A stretch of 64,000 bases of DNA from NCBI GenBank assembly GCA_963762165.1, contig CAVXJN010000003.1:1601066-1665065 (forward strand), read 5' to 3'. Every line of letters begins with the position of its first letter. Position 1 is the first letter of the stretch. Of this stretch, positions 28,179 to 36,091 are shown piece by piece. Origin of the DNA: an uncultured Gammaproteobacteria bacterium. GTDB taxonomy: Bacteria > Pseudomonadota > Gammaproteobacteria > JASBUN01. Both the position numbers and the translations under genes were made by a program. Under the pieces are notes generated by a model. The model saw only the letters and a program-made list of their open reading frames with translations, was not told where the DNA came from and made no database searches.

Positions 28179-29350
28179 CACCGCCGCGGGTGCTGTTCGT
28201 ACACAACCGTTACCAGCAACGCGGCGGCGAGGACGAGGTGGTGGACTCGGAAATCCAACTGCTGCGCGCTCATGGCCACGATGTGGAACTCTATCAGCGC
28301 GACAATCATGAGATCGCCGAGCAGGGCACGGTGCGGACTGCCGCGGCGTCGATCTGGTCCGGGTATACCTGGCGCGATTTCCAGGCCGAGCTGGATCACG
28401 TCAAACCGGACCTGATACACGTGCACAATACGTTTCCATTGATCTCGCCTTCCGTGTATTGGGCCGCCTCGAAAAAGCGCATTCCGGTGGTACAGACACT
28501 GCATAACTTCCGCCTTTTCTGCGTTCAGGCGATGTTTCTGCGCGACGGAGCCGTTTGCGAGGACTGTCTGGGTGCAACGCCATGGCGCGGGGTCATGCAC
28601 GGCTGTTATCGCGGCTCGAGGCCGTACTCCGGCGCATTGGCACTGAGTATGACGACACACCGCGTAATGGGCACATTCCGCAATAAGGTTTCGCGCTATA
28701 TCGCACTCAACGAGTTCTGCAGAACGAAGTTTGCTGAGGGCGGCCTGCCGCGTGAGCGAATCCGGGTCAAGCCCAATTTCGTCGACGTGCCGGAACTCGA
28801 AGCGGTCCCACGTCAAGGCGCACTGTTCGTGGGGCGCATCAGCCCGGAGAAGGGCGCGGACGTGCTGGTGGGCGCTGTGCGTGCCATGAGCGGTTTGCAA
28901 TTGACCGTGATCGGTACCGGGCCGCAGCAGTCGCGACTGGCCGCGTTACCGGGTGTGGCCAGCCTCGGTTGGCAGGAGCAGGGCACCGTTCGCGAGCATA
29001 TGCGCCGTGCAGCGTACCTGGTCATGCCCAGCGTTTGGTATGAAAATTTTCCGCGTACCCTGGTTGAGGCGTTTGCCTGCGGTTTGCCGGTGATCGCCAG
29101 CCGCATTGGCGCACTCGCCGAGTTGGTTGAGCCCGGGCACACGGGGTTGATGTTCGAGCCCGGATCTGCAAAGTCTCTGCAGCGGACTTTGAACTGGGCG
29201 GAACAGCACCCCGAGCGCATACGGGAGATGGGCGCCAATGCCAGGCGTGTTTATGAGCGCGAATATACCGGGTCGCGCAATTATGAGCATTTCATGTCCA
29301 TTTATGCGGAAGCGCTGGACGCCACCGGCTGCATGAGAAAAGCCGGATGA
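28175..29350 (+). CDS. Glycosyltransferase family 4 (GT-B)
   Basis: RVLFVHNRYQQRGGEDEVV N-terminus and C-terminal LFVGRISPEKGADVL...LVMPSVWYENFPRTLVEAFACGLPVIAS. ATGA overlap with the upstream gene. Confidence 0.9.
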   Translation: MTPPRVLFVHNRYQQRGGEDEVVDSEIQLLRAHGHDVELYQRDNHEIAEQGTVRTAAASIWSGYTWRDFQAELDHVKPDLIHVHNTFPLISPSVYWAASKKRIPVVQTLHNFRLFCVQAMFLRDGAVCEDCLGATPWRGVMHGCYRGSRPYSGALALSMTTHRVMGTFRNKVSRYIALNEFCRTKFAEGGLPRERIRVKPNFVDVPELEAVPRQGALFVGRISPEKGADVLVGAVRAMSGLQLTVIGTGPQQSRLAALPGVASLGWQEQGTVREHMRRAAYLVMPSVWYENFPRTLVEAFACGLPVIASRIGALAELVEPGHTGLMFEPGSAKSLQRTLNWAEQHPERIREMGANARRVYEREYTGSRNYEHFMSIYAEALDATGCMRKAG

Positions 29351-30153
29351 GTGTAGTCGCTCCCAAAATCGGTTCCTCGGTTCTCGGTGTTCATATCGAT
29401 GCGCTCACGTGGGAGGGTGCGCAAGCGCGCATTCTGTCCTGGGCCCGTGGCGGCGAAAGTCGTTACGTGTGTATATGCAACGTGCATTCGGTCGTAACCG
29501 GTGGGCGTGACGCCGACTTCCAGCGCGCCCTCAACGACTCCGACCTTGCGACCCCGGACGGCATGCCATTGGTTTGGTGGTTGCGTCGCGCCGGCTACCG
29601 TAATCAGGCGCGCATCGAAGGACCGGAACTGATGCTCAGGCTGTGTGCGTTGGCGGCACGGGAAGGAATCGGCGTGTTCTTGTACGGCGGAAGCCCATCA
29701 TCCCTGCATCTGCTCCAGGAGCGAATGCTCGTGCGCTTCCCGGAACTGAGGATCGTGGGTGCGGTATCGCCCCCCTTCCGTACGCTGACTCCGGAAGAGG
29801 ATGCGCAGGTCATCGAAAACATCAATCGCTCAGAAGCAGGACTCGTCTTCGTCGGGCTGGGCTGCCCAAAGCAGGAAGCGTGGATGTGGAGACGACGTGG
29901 GCAAGTGCATGCGGTGATGATCGGCGTCGGTGCGGCGTTCGACTTTCATGCCGGGCGGTTGCAGCGGGCGCCGGCCTGGATGCAGCGCTCGGGACTCGAA
30001 TGGTTGTACCGGCTGATGTCTGAGCCGCGGCGGCTGTGGCGCCGGTACTTGACCACCAATACGGCATTCGTGCTGCGTACCGTTCTCGATTGCATCAAAG
30101 GTGCGGGTCCCAGGGGTAGAAACACGCCGCAAGCGTTCAAGCGCAACGAATGA
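29347..30153 (+). CDS. WecB/TagA/CpsF family glycosyltransferase (GT26)
   Basis: VLGVHIDALTWEGA...NVHSVVTG...TPDGMPLVW...FLYGGSP...FVGLGCPKQEAWM...GVGAAFDFHAG. Confidence 0.9.
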   Translation: MSVVAPKIGSSVLGVHIDALTWEGAQARILSWARGGESRYVCICNVHSVVTGGRDADFQRALNDSDLATPDGMPLVWWLRRAGYRNQARIEGPELMLRLCALAAREGIGVFLYGGSPSSLHLLQERMLVRFPELRIVGAVSPPFRTLTPEEDAQVIENINRSEAGLVFVGLGCPKQEAWMWRRRGQVHAVMIGVGAAFDFHAGRLQRAPAWMQRSGLEWLYRLMSEPRRLWRRYLTTNTAFVLRTVLDCIKGAGPRGRNTPQAFKRNE

Positions 30154-31706
30154 CTAACGGATCGAAAATGGAGATGCGGATGAAATCAGGTGCGTCATAC
30201 GATTTATTGGCTGATGATTTTGCAGTACAAGGAACCGTGCACCCGGTGATCTTGTGCGGCGGATCCGGGACGCGTCTATGGCCCTTGTCGCGGGAGCAGC
30301 ACCCCAAGCAACTGCTTGCGATGACAGAAGATGCGACTCTGTTGCAGGCCACGGTCACACGCTTGCAATCGCCCGCTGACGCGCGCTCCAAATGGGCGAA
30401 GCCGATCATCGTCTGCAACAGGGAATATCGCTTCGCGGTCGGGGAACAACTACGGGAAATCGGCAGCCCGCCGGGCGCCCTTGTGCTGGAACCCGTAGGT
30501 CGGAACACAGCCCCGGCCCTGACGCTGGCCGCGCTTCTATTGGCGGAGAAGGCCGGAGAACCCGAGCCCCTGCTGCTCGTCGCTCCTGCAGATCATATGG
30601 TCAAGGACAGCGGCGCATTTCATCGTGCCATGGAGCGCGCGCGGCCGTTGGCGGACGCCGGCCACGTGGTGACTTTCGGCGTTCGACCTTTCTGGGCGGA
30701 ATCCGGTTACGGATATATCCGCCAGGGCGAGCGCCTGGCGGATATCGGCTCGGAGGGCGCGCACTATGTAGCGCAATTCATCGAAAAACCCGACCCGTCG
30801 ACGGCAAAGGAATTTTTCGACAGCAGCCAATATCTGTGGAACAGCGGCATGTTCATGATGCGCGCGTCGGTGTGGTTGGAGTTGATGGAGACAATGATGC
30901 CGGAAGCGTATGCCCAGTGTCGTATCGCATACCGGCAAGGCCGCTTGGAGAGTGGCCGCTATTGCGTGGACGAAGGACATTTCGCGGCATGCCCAAGCAA
31001 ATCGATCGATTGTGCCGTCATGGAGCAGGTCGCCGGCGGCTACATCGCAGACACCGGCCATCGAGCTGTCGTAGTGGAGCTCGAAGGTGGCTGGTCGGAC
31101 GTCGGTTCCTGGGACGCATTGTGGAGCCTCGGCGACAAAGACGCCGGGGGCAACGTGGTCAAAGGCGACGTGCATTGTCAGGACATGCGCAATTCTCTTG
31201 TGCTCGCCAACAGCCGTCTGGTGGCGTGCGTCGGCATGGACGACGTAGTCGTGGTGGAAACGCCCGATGCTGTGATGGTCACGCACCGCGACCGGGCCCA
31301 GGACGTCAAACATGTGGTCGACAGTCTACGCGAAGCTTCGCGCCCGGAAGGCAAAGCGCATCGGAAGGTGGCTCGGCCCTGGGGCACTTATGACGGCATC
31401 GATGCCGGCGAGCGTTTTCAAGTAAAGCGCATTGTCGTACACCCGGGCGCTGCGTTGTCGTTGCAGATGCATCATCACTGTGCCGAGCATTGGATCGTGG
31501 TCCGCGGAACGGCGCGGGTGGTGCGCGGTGACGAAACGTTCATTCTTTCCGAGAATCAGTCGACCTACATTCCGCTTGGAACCCGGCACCGGCTCGAAAA
31601 CCCCGGACGTGTACCGTTGGAACTCATCGAAGTGCAGTCGCGGAGCTATTTGGGAGAAGACGACATAATCCGCTTCGACGACGTCTATGGCAGGAGTGAC
31701 GGGTAA
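30150..31706 (+). CDS. manC: Mannose-1-phosphate guanylyltransferase / mannose-6-phosphate isomerase (bifunctional, type II PMI)
   Basis: VILCGGSGTRLWPLSREQHPKQ, YGYI, WNSGMF, and the C-terminal cupin RPWGTY...VKRIVVHPGAALSLQMHHHCAEHWIVVRGTA. Confidence 0.95.
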   Translation: MTNGSKMEMRMKSGASYDLLADDFAVQGTVHPVILCGGSGTRLWPLSREQHPKQLLAMTEDATLLQATVTRLQSPADARSKWAKPIIVCNREYRFAVGEQLREIGSPPGALVLEPVGRNTAPALTLAALLLAEKAGEPEPLLLVAPADHMVKDSGAFHRAMERARPLADAGHVVTFGVRPFWAESGYGYIRQGERLADIGSEGAHYVAQFIEKPDPSTAKEFFDSSQYLWNSGMFMMRASVWLELMETMMPEAYAQCRIAYRQGRLESGRYCVDEGHFAACPSKSIDCAVMEQVAGGYIADTGHRAVVVELEGGWSDVGSWDALWSLGDKDAGGNVVKGDVHCQDMRNSLVLANSRLVACVGMDDVVVVETPDAVMVTHRDRAQDVKHVVDSLREASRPEGKAHRKVARPWGTYDGIDAGERFQVKRIVVHPGAALSLQMHHHCAEHWIVVRGTARVVRGDETFILSENQSTYIPLGTRHRLENPGRVPLELIEVQSRSYLGEDDIIRFDDVYGRSDG

Positions 31707-31781
31707 TGGAATACGCGGCTTGTCACTCGCCAGCGTCGTCGCCGACCGCAACTATGTTGAGAAATCAATTCAGGTAGAACA

Positions 31782-32453
31782 ATGGTTTGTATACGAGCCC
31801 GACTATTGGGTTTTCGCTCACTGCTGGCTCGTAACGCGTTCGTCGTTGCGGGAATGGGGCGTTGCGGCACCACTCTGGTTTATGAAGCACTGCGCCAGTA
31901 TGGCCTCAAGGGCAGCCGCTTTGTCTCCTCGCTTCCCGAACAGCGCGTCTACGAGAGGGGACGTGTCTACAAAACCCACGACTTTCCCTGGGCCGAAGTC
32001 GCGGATCACGTGAAAATGGTGTTTCTGTTCGGCAATCCCATGGATAGCGTGATCTCCACCCACAGGAAGATGAACGAATGGGGCCGGCGCCATCACGCCA
32101 ATCTGCATGCCGACGAATTCGTGCCAAACGACGTGTTATTTGAGCGCGACACGTTGCGATTGGCGGAGCATTTCGATGCCTGGTACAGGCCCCAGCGATT
32201 CCGATTCGCGTCGGTTCGTTATGAAGCGATGTTCGACGCGGGCGTTCGGACCCAGCTGGAGGATTACCTCGGTATTGCGGTTCCCTGGCCCGACTTCAAA
32301 CGACGCAGGGCGGACTGGACCAAGCACCCGCGCAAGGACAGCCTATGGGCGCTATATGGCGGACTGTACCAACGAATCGCGCAAGCTGAAGATCTGAAGA
32401 TATGGGAGCCGGTCGCTCAGCAGGACCGAACTCGCCGTGCCGCGGCGTTCTGA
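31782..32453 (+). CDS. Sulfotransferase-like protein
   Basis: PAPS 5'-phosphosulfate-binding-loop-like VVAGMGRCGTTL, then YKTHDFP, then a 3'-phosphate-binding-like FLFGNPMDSVISTH. The order and spacing fit sulfotransferase-fold enzymes. Assigned by motif only. Confidence 0.55.
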   Translation: MVCIRARLLGFRSLLARNAFVVAGMGRCGTTLVYEALRQYGLKGSRFVSSLPEQRVYERGRVYKTHDFPWAEVADHVKMVFLFGNPMDSVISTHRKMNEWGRRHHANLHADEFVPNDVLFERDTLRLAEHFDAWYRPQRFRFASVRYEAMFDAGVRTQLEDYLGIAVPWPDFKRRRADWTKHPRKDSLWALYGGLYQRIAQAEDLKIWEPVAQQDRTRRAAAF

Positions 32454-32495
32454 GCGACTGCCGATCGCGGCAAGCGAGCCGGCTGCCGTTCCACG

Positions 32496-33755
32496 TCAGA
32501 AACGCACTTCCACCGAACCGCTGATGAGGTCGTAGTCGTATTCCGCGGTATCGACGTTGGAGGTCCGCACGCCGTGTTCGTAGGACACCGATAGACGGGT
32601 ATTGTCGAGCGGGGTGTAACCGGCGCTGAGTCGCCCACCCTTGACGCGGTCTTCACGCGTCTGTGCACCTGCCAGTGCGATGCCTGGATCGCCATCGAAC
32701 TGCCAATCCTCGTTGATGATTTCCGCTTGCAGAACGGTGCGGTAGGTGGGCGCCCACGATGCGCCTGCGCTGACGCCATTGGTCAAGATGTAGTTTGCTG
32801 CGACGTCGGCGTAAGAACGAATGTCGCGATATCCGGACAGTGAAAACGACGTTTTCGCCAACGGCGTCCATAGATATTCGAGCTTGTAGGTGGCGCCGCT
32901 ATAGTCGCGCTGCGAAATCTGATCGTGCTGCCGTGTGGTGTAACCGAGACGGCCGTTCAGTTTCGAGGCGTCCGTCAAGCGCCAATTGGCTGTACCGCTA
33001 ACTGCGTATTCCTGGTACTGATTGTCCACCAGCGTCGATGTCGAGACTTCCCGATTGGGGTAATCCGCCGAACTCGCGGACATCTCCACGCCTAATTGAT
33101 TGTTGGCTGGCGTGAGGTACTGCAGCCCCACGGTCCCGCTGACAACTTGGTTTTCGAGCGCGGAGCGTGATGGGGCGCTGTGCTTGTAGTCGTATTCGTC
33201 CACCGACGCGGTGGCGCTCCAGCGTGGATGTATGATGCGCCGGGCACTGGCGTGGGCGTGGCTCTCGTCGATCAAGTCCTTCACCCGGTCCTGCAAGGTT
33301 GCGAAACTGGACAGGTAACGGCGATGCCGATAGCCCACGTCGCCGTCCCACAAGTTGCCCGCCTGCCAATCCCAGTCGAGACTGGCGTCGTGGCCGGTGT
33401 AATCGAGGAACCCGAATTCCTGAAACTGATTGTTGTCCACCTTCAGATCCAACAGGATATTCTGCCTGCTGACCGGAATCCTGCCGTGTACCCCCGCTCC
33501 CAAGCGCCGGATCGTATCGGAACGCTGGGTTGTGCCGAGAATTGCAGCGGTGTCGGCATCATCTGATAGTCGGAACAAATTGCTGTCGTGGGTCAAGCCG
33601 CCGGTCACCGAAAAGTCCCAGTTGCGGCCATCGTCGGGCGTCTTGGGGTAGGCGGGAAAGTATCCGGTATCAGGCCAATGCATGGGTTCAGCGCCATGAC
33701 TCAATGCAGAATGTGCCAATAGGCAGGTCACGACTGCCAAAGTTCGCTTGGGCAT
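32496..33755 (-). CDS. Outer-membrane beta-barrel protein associated with the EPS locus (PEP-CTERM-locus OMP-like)
   Basis: GAAGG RBS and signal peptide ...HSALSHG/AEP. Alternating amphipathic strands and a terminal ...GSVEVRF aromatic residue typical of OMPs. Confidence 0.75.
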   Translation of the reverse strand: MPKRTLAVVTCLLAHSALSHGAEPMHWPDTGYFPAYPKTPDDGRNWDFSVTGGLTHDSNLFRLSDDADTAAILGTTQRSDTIRRLGAGVHGRIPVSRQNILLDLKVDNNQFQEFGFLDYTGHDASLDWDWQAGNLWDGDVGYRHRRYLSSFATLQDRVKDLIDESHAHASARRIIHPRWSATASVDEYDYKHSAPSRSALENQVVSGTVGLQYLTPANNQLGVEMSASSADYPNREVSTSTLVDNQYQEYAVSGTANWRLTDASKLNGRLGYTTRQHDQISQRDYSGATYKLEYLWTPLAKTSFSLSGYRDIRSYADVAANYILTNGVSAGASWAPTYRTVLQAEIINEDWQFDGDPGIALAGAQTREDRVKGGRLSAGYTPLDNTRLSVSYEHGVRTSNVDTAEYDYDLISGSVEVRF

Positions 33756-34078
33756 GTTTTGTTCAGCCTTCTGTGTTCGTTACGGGAGACTTGCGCAGGC
33801 GATCGCGGCATGACCGGCGGCCATCGGCGATCACAATCCGCACGCACGATTCGGAAGCATGGAGCAATATTCATTCCAATAAAAACTTGGTCATGTTTTC
33901 AGCGGCTTAAGAGATTGAGGGCGATCGTCGTCGTGATCCCGCGTCGCGCATGGACGACACACAAGCGGAATGGGATGGGCTAATTGCTTGAAGCCGCGGG
34001 AAGCATGCCATGTCGCGTATGGCCGACGCCCGAATCGGGTAGGTAGAGCGCAGGCGTGAAACATCTAGCCTGGCGATC

Positions 34079-34513
34079 ATGACTGGACAACCCACCGCGT
34101 CGGCCGCGGATTTTCTGCCCGCGCGCATCAATCTCAAATCGCTGCGGGGCGCGGCGGCGCAATGCCGCGGCTGCGATTTGTAGTGCCACGCCACTCAAAC
34201 GGTGTTCGGTGAAGGTCCATTTCGTTCGCGACCTCAGCGCGGTTGCAGACCGACTACGGCAGCAGGAGTGAGTACTCGCCGGCGCGCGCGAGTACGGTGT
34301 CCAGTTGCGGGGATGGCCGTCTTCCGGCTCACCGACGGACGTGCGGTGGCGGCTGCGCTGACTCGCAAACGCCCGCCACCCGGCGTCGTCATACCTTGCG
34401 ATGTGCTACAAATGGAGGAGCCTGCGACGATGATCGGCTCGTCGTCTGTCGGGTCATCTCGTGTGGCTGCTGCGCAGGTGTGCCATGGACACCATCAAAC
34501 ACGGTTCGCGTAA
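34079..34513 (+). pseudogene. Decayed, 3'-truncated family-4 uracil-DNA glycosylase-like pseudogene
   Basis: MTGQPTASAADFLPARINLKSLRGAAAQCRGCDL-TAG(34181)-CHATQTVFGEGP reproduces the UDG4 N-terminal C..C.L..ATQ.VFGEGP signature with an in-frame stop. Downstream, CPVAGMAVFRLTDGRAVAAAL only faintly resembles PFVGPAGRLLDRAL. The frame runs into the muramidase start. Confidence 0.5.
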
Positions 34514-35312
34514 GGAGCGTGCAGTCATCTTGCTGCAGGCTCTGCTGGCAGAGGTCGGGCTGCCCGTCACCATCGACGGCTGTTTCGGCAGCGGTACCGG
34601 ACGGGCCGTGCGCAGGTTTCAACAACAACACGGCCTGGTGGTCGACGGCACGGTAGCGGAAAAGACCTGGTTGACGCTGATCAGTCTTTCACCCGCGCTG
34701 GTCGAGCGGATTACTTCGCGCTATCTCGGTGAGGACGACATCCAGAACATGGCTGCGGAACTCGGCGTGAGTGTGGCGGCGGTAAAGGCTGTCAACGAAG
34801 TCGAGTCCCAGGGCGCCGGCTTCATCGTCGACCAGCCGAAAATCCTATTCGAGGGCCACGTGTTCTTCGAACGACTTAAGCTGCATGGTGTGAACCCCAA
34901 CGAACACCTGCAGAACAACGCCGACATTCTCTATCCGCGTTGGACCAAAAAATATTACCTCGGCGGATTGCGCGAGTACGAACGTTTGGACAGAGCGGTG
35001 TCGATCCATCGTGCGGCAGCGCTGGAGTCGGCTTCGTGGGGTATCTTTCAAGTGATGGGCTATCATGCGACGTCCATTGGTTGGCCGGATATCGACGCGT
35101 TCGTCCGCGACATGTACACCCATGAACGACAGCATCTGCGCGCCTTCGGCGGCTATGTACGCGCCAATAACTTGATTGAGGCACTGAAGAATCGCGACTG
35201 GACTGCATTTGCCCGCGGCTACAACGGTTCCGGCTACGAACAAAACCGCTATCATCTGAAGCTTGCGCAGGCCTGCGCCCGCTACGAAACCGGCGCTTCG
35301 ATGTCGGCGTAG
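34485..35312 (+). CDS. N-acetylmuramidase family protein (DUF3380) with N-terminal peptidoglycan-binding domain, endolysin-like
   Basis: PG_binding_1-like LQALLAEVGLPVTIDGCFGSGTGRAVRRFQQQHGLVVDG. The DUF3380-like core is AAVKAVNEVESQGAGF...ILFEGHVF...SWGIFQVMG. Confidence 0.85.
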   Translation: MDTIKHGSRKERAVILLQALLAEVGLPVTIDGCFGSGTGRAVRRFQQQHGLVVDGTVAEKTWLTLISLSPALVERITSRYLGEDDIQNMAAELGVSVAAVKAVNEVESQGAGFIVDQPKILFEGHVFFERLKLHGVNPNEHLQNNADILYPRWTKKYYLGGLREYERLDRAVSIHRAAALESASWGIFQVMGYHATSIGWPDIDAFVRDMYTHERQHLRAFGGYVRANNLIEALKNRDWTAFARGYNGSGYEQNRYHLKLAQACARYETGASMSA

Positions 35313-35480
35313 CCGCCGCCGCCAATCCCGAAGCCGGGCGCTCGCCTTGGTCGAGCAAACAAACTCCGTAGCCGACGGTCGGCGCGAAAATCTGATCCAA
35401 AAGCAAAGAGTTGAATGTCGGTCCGTGTTTCTGGGCGATGCATGGGGCGGCGGCAGCCTGGTACCGGGAGCCGGCAGTGC

Positions 35481-35498
35481 GCAGCGCAATTGCGCTGC
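35481..35498. promoter_or_regulatory. Perfect 18-bp palindrome GCAGCGCAATTGCGCTGC upstream of the cop genes (candidate operator)
   Basis: The sequence is exactly self-complementary. It is bracketed by direct repeats GCCTGGTAC(C)GGGA at 35456-35469 and 35523-35535, and lies 115 bp upstream of the CopL-like start. Confidence 0.3.
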
Positions 35499-35612
35499 TC
35501 AGATCGTGATTTTCCTGGCGCCGCCTGGTACGGGAACACATGGATGGGCGCCGCGACCCAGGGTGCGCCCGGGTTACTTGTCTGCGTGTCCGGGGAACTC
35601 CATAATGCGCAC

Positions 35613-36008
35613 ATGCTCCCCGGAAAACACAAACTCTTGAATCTGCTGATGGCCTTCGTGATCGTGATCACGATGCCGCTGCAAGCGTTCGCGGGGGGCT
35701 GCGTCCGGGACTATAATCCGGAAATGAGCGCCCACGGCGCTGATCACCACCTGAATGACAAGCATCACAACCTCGTCGGCGCACATCACGCAAGTTCCAA
35801 GGTTTCCCATCAAGGCCATGGCGCGCAACACGACTGCGGATCCAGTGGCATGGGGGGGTGTGGCGTTTGCGCCCATTGCCCGGCAAGCCTGGGCGTTTTC
35901 CTGATGTCTTCCCAGCCGCCCGCGCGGCTTTTTGCGATGCTATCTGAGCGCATCCCCAGCAACGTGGCGCCGGACGCGGCGTTGCGTCCACCCCGTTCAA
36001 TCTCCTGA
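35613..36008 (+). CDS. His/Cys-rich small exported protein, CopL-like (position and composition)
   Basis: N-terminal hydrophobic segment, a His-rich middle (HGADHHLNDKHHNLVGAHHASSKVSHQGHGAQHD) and a Cys cluster (CGSSGMGGCGVCAHC). It sits immediately upstream of copA, as copL does in Xanthomonas-type cop loci. Start is uncertain. Confidence 0.5.
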   Translation: MLPGKHKLLNLLMAFVIVITMPLQAFAGGCVRDYNPEMSAHGADHHLNDKHHNLVGAHHASSKVSHQGHGAQHDCGSSGMGGCGVCAHCPASLGVFLMSSQPPARLFAMLSERIPSNVAPDAALRPPRSIS

Positions 36009-36091
36009 TCCGTCGGCGGCGCTGCGCGCCGCATTGATGTACCGCGTTTCCGGTGACGCCGGTAATAGCTATCGCGATCATGGAGAATTGA

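Noticed and set aside
34243-34656. 137-aa + strand ORF overlapping the UDG remnant and the muramidase start
   Set aside because: It is an alternative frame with a Cys/Arg/Gly-rich nonsense composition. The region is better explained by the decayed UDG frame and the muramidase gene.
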